Assembly: GCA_963740175.1 (NCBI GenBank)
Contig: CAVUDL010000012.1
Span: 26,434 to 90,433, forward strand
Source of the DNA: an uncultured Gemmatimonadales bacterium
Lineage (GTDB): Bacteria > Gemmatimonadota > Gemmatimonadetes > Gemmatimonadales > GWC2-71-9
Length of the DNA stretch: 64,000 nt
Direction: 5' to 3'
Of this stretch, positions 61,203 to 64,000 are shown in pieces. Below the pieces are notes generated by a model, which worked only from the letters and a program-made list of their open reading frames with translations, searched no databases and was not told the origin of the DNA. The stretch's first letter is position 1. Each line of letters opens with the position of its first letter. The position numbers were made by a program, and so were the translations under genes.

Positions 61203-61910
61203 TCAGCTGTGGGGGGCAAAGATGGCCTGCAGGACGCGGTCGGTGTTGCTGAGGTTCTCGAACACGGCGTGCGGCGCACACGCCATGAGGTCCGCCACCG
61301 AGTAGGCGCCGGTAGCTACGCCCACGGCCCGTGCGCTGATGCAGGCGCCGCACGCGATGTCGGCGGGGGTATCGCCAATGATGACGACTTCGGCTCCGGA
61401 GGGAACTCGGCCGAAGTATCGCGCTGCGCGCTGAGCGGCGATGTGCGGCAGCTCTGTCCGTTGGGCTGCATCCGAGCCGTAGGCCCCGACGAGGAAGCGT
61501 TCAGGATCGAGCCCGCCGGACCGGAGCTTGAGGGCAGCGCCCCGCGCCATGTTGCCGGTGAGCAGGCCCAGCACCACGTCTTCAGACTGTTCCAGGCGGT
61601 CGAGCAAGGGGCCCACACCGGGCATCAGTGTGGTGCTGCTGGTGGGTTGCTGTAGCTCGTACTCCAGGAGATCGACATAGCGGGAACAGAGCGCCTCCAC
61701 CCGATCAGAGCGATGTGGTCCGGGAAGACCCGCAGCCTCAAGCAGCTCGGTGACGATCTGGGGATCCGTCTTTCCGTCGAAGCGGACCTGCTGCAAACCC
61801 CTGGCATGTCCTACCTGCTCGCTGATCGCGGCAACGATGGCTCGGCGGCCAGCGCCGGCGGTGAGGAGGATAGTGCCGTCTATGTCGAAGAGGACCAGCT
61901 TGCTTTTCAA
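61203..61910 (-). CDS. HAD-family hydrolase (phosphoglycolate phosphatase-like)
   Basis: Motif I LVLFDIDGTIL, motif II LLTGN and motif IV IIGDTPADI. TTG start at 61910 overlaps the upstream TGA (TTGA). Confidence 0.75.
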   Translation of the reverse strand: MKSKLVLFDIDGTILLTAGAGRRAIVAAISEQVGHARGLQQVRFDGKTDPQIVTELLEAAGLPGPHRSDRVEALCSRYVDLLEYELQQPTSSTTLMPGVGPLLDRLEQSEDVVLGLLTGNMARGAALKLRSGGLDPERFLVGAYGSDAAQRTELPHIAAQRAARYFGRVPSGAEVVIIGDTPADIACGACISARAVGVATGAYSVADLMACAPHAVFENLSNTDRVLQAIFAPHS

Positions 61911-62693
61911 CGCTCTTCCAGTCTCCGCACTGCCACGAGTCTCGGCCGCAGCGTTCCGCCACGGGTTCCAGGTAACCAGGGCTCGATCAGCATTCCACCG
62001 CATGCGAGCGTGGAATGGATCAGCGTGTCGGCCTCTCCCGCGAAAGCCACATGAGTAATGCCGCTGGTCGTTTCACCGGAGAAAAAGAGGAGGTCCCCCG
62101 GGCGAATGGCCTCGAGCGCGATGGACGCGCCGTGAAACACCTGCTGGGCCGAGTCTCGCGGCAGGATCACGCCACGGGCCGCGAACGTCGTTTGAACCAA
62201 TCCTGAGCAGTCCACCCCCCAGGGCGTCACGCCGCCCCACTGGTAGGGGCTCCCGGCGAAATGCTCCAAGGCCCAGCGTTCCGCCGCTTTGCCTCGGGCC
62301 GCAGCCGCAGACTCACTGGTGGGGCGAACCGTGCCGGCGGTGAGCCGGCCCCGCCGGCCGTCGGGCAATCCCACGGCGTCGCCCTCGAGGACAACCCGCG
62401 CGCGAAGCGGGAGCTGGAGATGCGATGAGCCGACCCGCACCGTGGCCCCGTCGCTCCACGCCGTCGCCCGCGCACGCCATTCTTCGACTGCCGCGTCGTT
62501 CGCCCTCGTGCAGATAGCCCGAGTTGATCCACCCATCATAGCCATCGAAGTGAGTGCAGACGCGGCGCCACTCCCCGCTCTGGCTGGTAACTGTGGCAGT
62601 TTCTCCCAGCACCAGCTGAGTGACCTGCTCTGCCCGAACCCGCGGCTCGGCCAGGACTGGAGCAACGGTGGCACGCGCTATGGCAGCTGGCAT
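61907..62693 (-). pseudogene. NlpC/P60 (C40) peptidase with N-terminal SH3b-like domain, one frameshift near 62500
   Basis: N-terminal VAPVLAEPRVRAEQVTQLVLGETATV..GEWRRV (SH3b-like) is in ORF 62313..62747. The catalytic part YQWGGVTPWGVDCSGLV...ITHVAF is in ORF 61907..62674. Confidence 0.7.
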
Positions 62694-62706
62694 AAGGTGC
62701 TCAGGC

Positions 62707-62886
62707 TCAGACGCCCTTCTCCGGGGCGGTGCGGGCGGCGCACTCACGACAGAGTGTGACCCCCCGGAAAGTGCAGATCAGGCAGATGAAAGTGCCGCAG
62801 CTGGTGCACGGGTATCCTTCCGAGGCGCGCTCTTCGCGGCCACAGGCGCGGCACCCCATGCCATCATGTTCCTGAACTTTGCCCAT
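62707..62886 (-). CDS. 59-aa cysteine-rich protein with four CxxC motifs (double zinc ribbon / B-box-like)
   Basis: MGKVQEHDGMGCRACGREERASEGYPCTSCGTFICLICTFRGVTLCRECAARTAPEKGV. It starts 8 nt after the activator stop and ends 13 nt before the C40 peptidase start. Confidence 0.5.
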   Translation of the reverse strand: MGKVQEHDGMGCRACGREERASEGYPCTSCGTFICLICTFRGVTLCRECAARTAPEKGV

Positions 62887-62894
62887 ACCCACAC

Positions 62895-64000
62895 TCACGC
62901 AATGATGTTGTAGCGTTTGATCTTGTTGATCAGCGTTGCACGCGAGATGCCAAGCTCGATCGCCGCGCGGGTTCGATTGCCGGCATGATGCTTCAAGGTG
63001 CGCTCGATGTGCTGCCGTTCCAGGTCCTCGAGGCTGAGCGGGGTGTGCCGTCGGTCGCCTACGCCCGCACGAGCCCGGAACTCGCCGGGCAGGTGCTCCA
63101 CACTCACCGCGGGCTGACCTCGTCCCAGGATGAGCGCGCGCTCCAGCACGTTGCGCATTTCCCGCACATTGCCGGGCCATGGGTAGGAGAGCAGCCGCTC
63201 CAGTACCTCGCCCGACAAGGCCGGAGGCCCATCAGGGAGCTCCGAGCGCAGGTCGCCCATCAGCCGAGTAATCAGTGCCAACCGGTCTTCCCGGGACCGA
63301 TCGCGCAGCGCCGGCATCGTCAGCGGCATGACGCTCAGCCGGTAATACAGGTCTTCCCGAAAGCGCCCTCCCTCCACTTCAGCCTGCAGATTCTTGTTGG
63401 TAGCGGCCACGAGCCGCACGTCCACCGTGATCTCACGGGTCCCCCCGAGGCGACGGAACGTCTTGGTCTCCAGCACCTTCAGCAGTTTAGGCTGGAGCTC
63501 GGGGGCCAGGTCGCCGATCTCGTCGAGAAATATGGTTCCGTGATCCGCGATCTCGAACAGACCTTGCTTTCGATCCTTGGCGTCGGTGAATGCGCCCTTC
63601 TCGTGACCGAACAGCTCGGAGTCCAGGAAGGTGGCGTTCAGGCCGCCGCAGTTCACCTCCACGAAAGGTGCTTTTGTCCGCGGGCTGAGATCGTGGATCA
63701 TGCGCGCGACCCAGCCCTTGCCGGTCCCGCTCTCACCGTTCAGCAGCACCGTAGTCCGCTCACTCTGGGCGAGAAGTCCCACCTGGTGGGCGAAGTCCTG
63801 CATACCCGAGGAGGCGCCGAGAGAGTCGAGGCCGTGTCCCGGTGCGCTCTGAACCAGCAGCGCCTCGTTGATCCGCCGCAACCTGGCCTTGTCGGCCACT
63901 CTCGCTGTGGCCGCGGCAAGGTGCTCCATGTCGACCGGCTTGGTCAGAAAGTTTTCGGCCCCGAGCTGCATGGCCCGCACCGCGGTCGGCACGTCCGCCT
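62895..64000 (-). CDS. Sigma54-dependent transcriptional activator (NtrC family); N-terminus outside the window
   Basis: Walker A GESGTGKG, sigma54-contact loop variant GAFTDA, Walker B IFLDEIGDL, YPWPGNVRE and Fis-type HTH AAIELGISRATLINKIKRY. The ORF is open to the window edge, where the end of the receiver domain is visible. Confidence 0.85.
   Translation of the reverse strand, partial: ADVPTAVRAMQLGAENFLTKPVDMEHLAAATARVADKARLRRINEALLVQSAPGHGLDSLGASSGMQDFAHQVGLLAQSERTTVLLNGESGTGKGWVARMIHDLSPRTKAPFVEVNCGGLNATFLDSELFGHEKGAFTDAKDRKQGLFEIADHGTIFLDEIGDLAPELQPKLLKVLETKTFRRLGGTREITVDVRLVAATNKNLQAEVEGGRFREDLYYRLSVMPLTMPALRDRSREDRLALITRLMGDLRSELPDGPPALSGEVLERLLSYPWPGNVREMRNVLERALILGRGQPAVSVEHLPGEFRARAGVGDRRHTPLSLEDLERQHIERTLKHHAGNRTRAAIELGISRATLINKIKRYNIIA

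Overview
GC-rich bacterial chromosomal window from a diderm (lgt, an Omp85-like barrel and a heptosyltransferase are present). The gene content resembles Gemmatimonadota/FCB-type genomes, but that is inference only.

Layout:
- 1-14.6 kb: an intact glycan-assembly locus with 5 glycosyltransferases, 3 Wzx/PST-type flippase-like proteins, 3 SAM methyltransferases and 1 SDR epimerase.
- 14.7-19.7 kb: an NtrY/NtrX-like histidine kinase plus sigma54 activator, a bactofilin-repeat/beta-barrel outer-membrane protein and a DUF4390-like protein.
- 19.7-30.7 kb: HNH nuclease, argR, amidohydrolase, PBP1A, tyrS, HerA-like ATPase, class V aminotransferase, an orphan DppC-type permease and a patatin-ferredoxin fusion.
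- 30.6-39.7 kb: a second glycan locus (methyltransferase, 5 GTs, MsbA-like exporter) headed by a PorX-like response regulator-PglZ gene.
- 39.8-64 kb: mostly housekeeping genes (GT9, DnaB-C-like ATPase, yebC-ruvCAB, queA, tgt, yajC, def-fmt, thiESG, rsmB, rpe, tsaD, lgt, cytochrome c/FTR1-rraA, acpS, C40 peptidase, a second sigma54 activator).

I saw no rRNA, tRNA, CRISPR array, transposase or integrase.

Most notable observations:
1. A perfect sigma54 -24/-12 promoter drives a roughly 140-nt highly structured, terminator-capped orphan transcript between lgt and rraA.
2. Four long intergenic hairpins are built from tandem 7-8 nt GTGAG/GTAAG units.
3. Dozens of frameshifts are concentrated between about 17.9 and 47 kb and hit essential genes. 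They look like indel errors rather than true decay.
4. Several unusual fusions and gene contexts are listed under findings.
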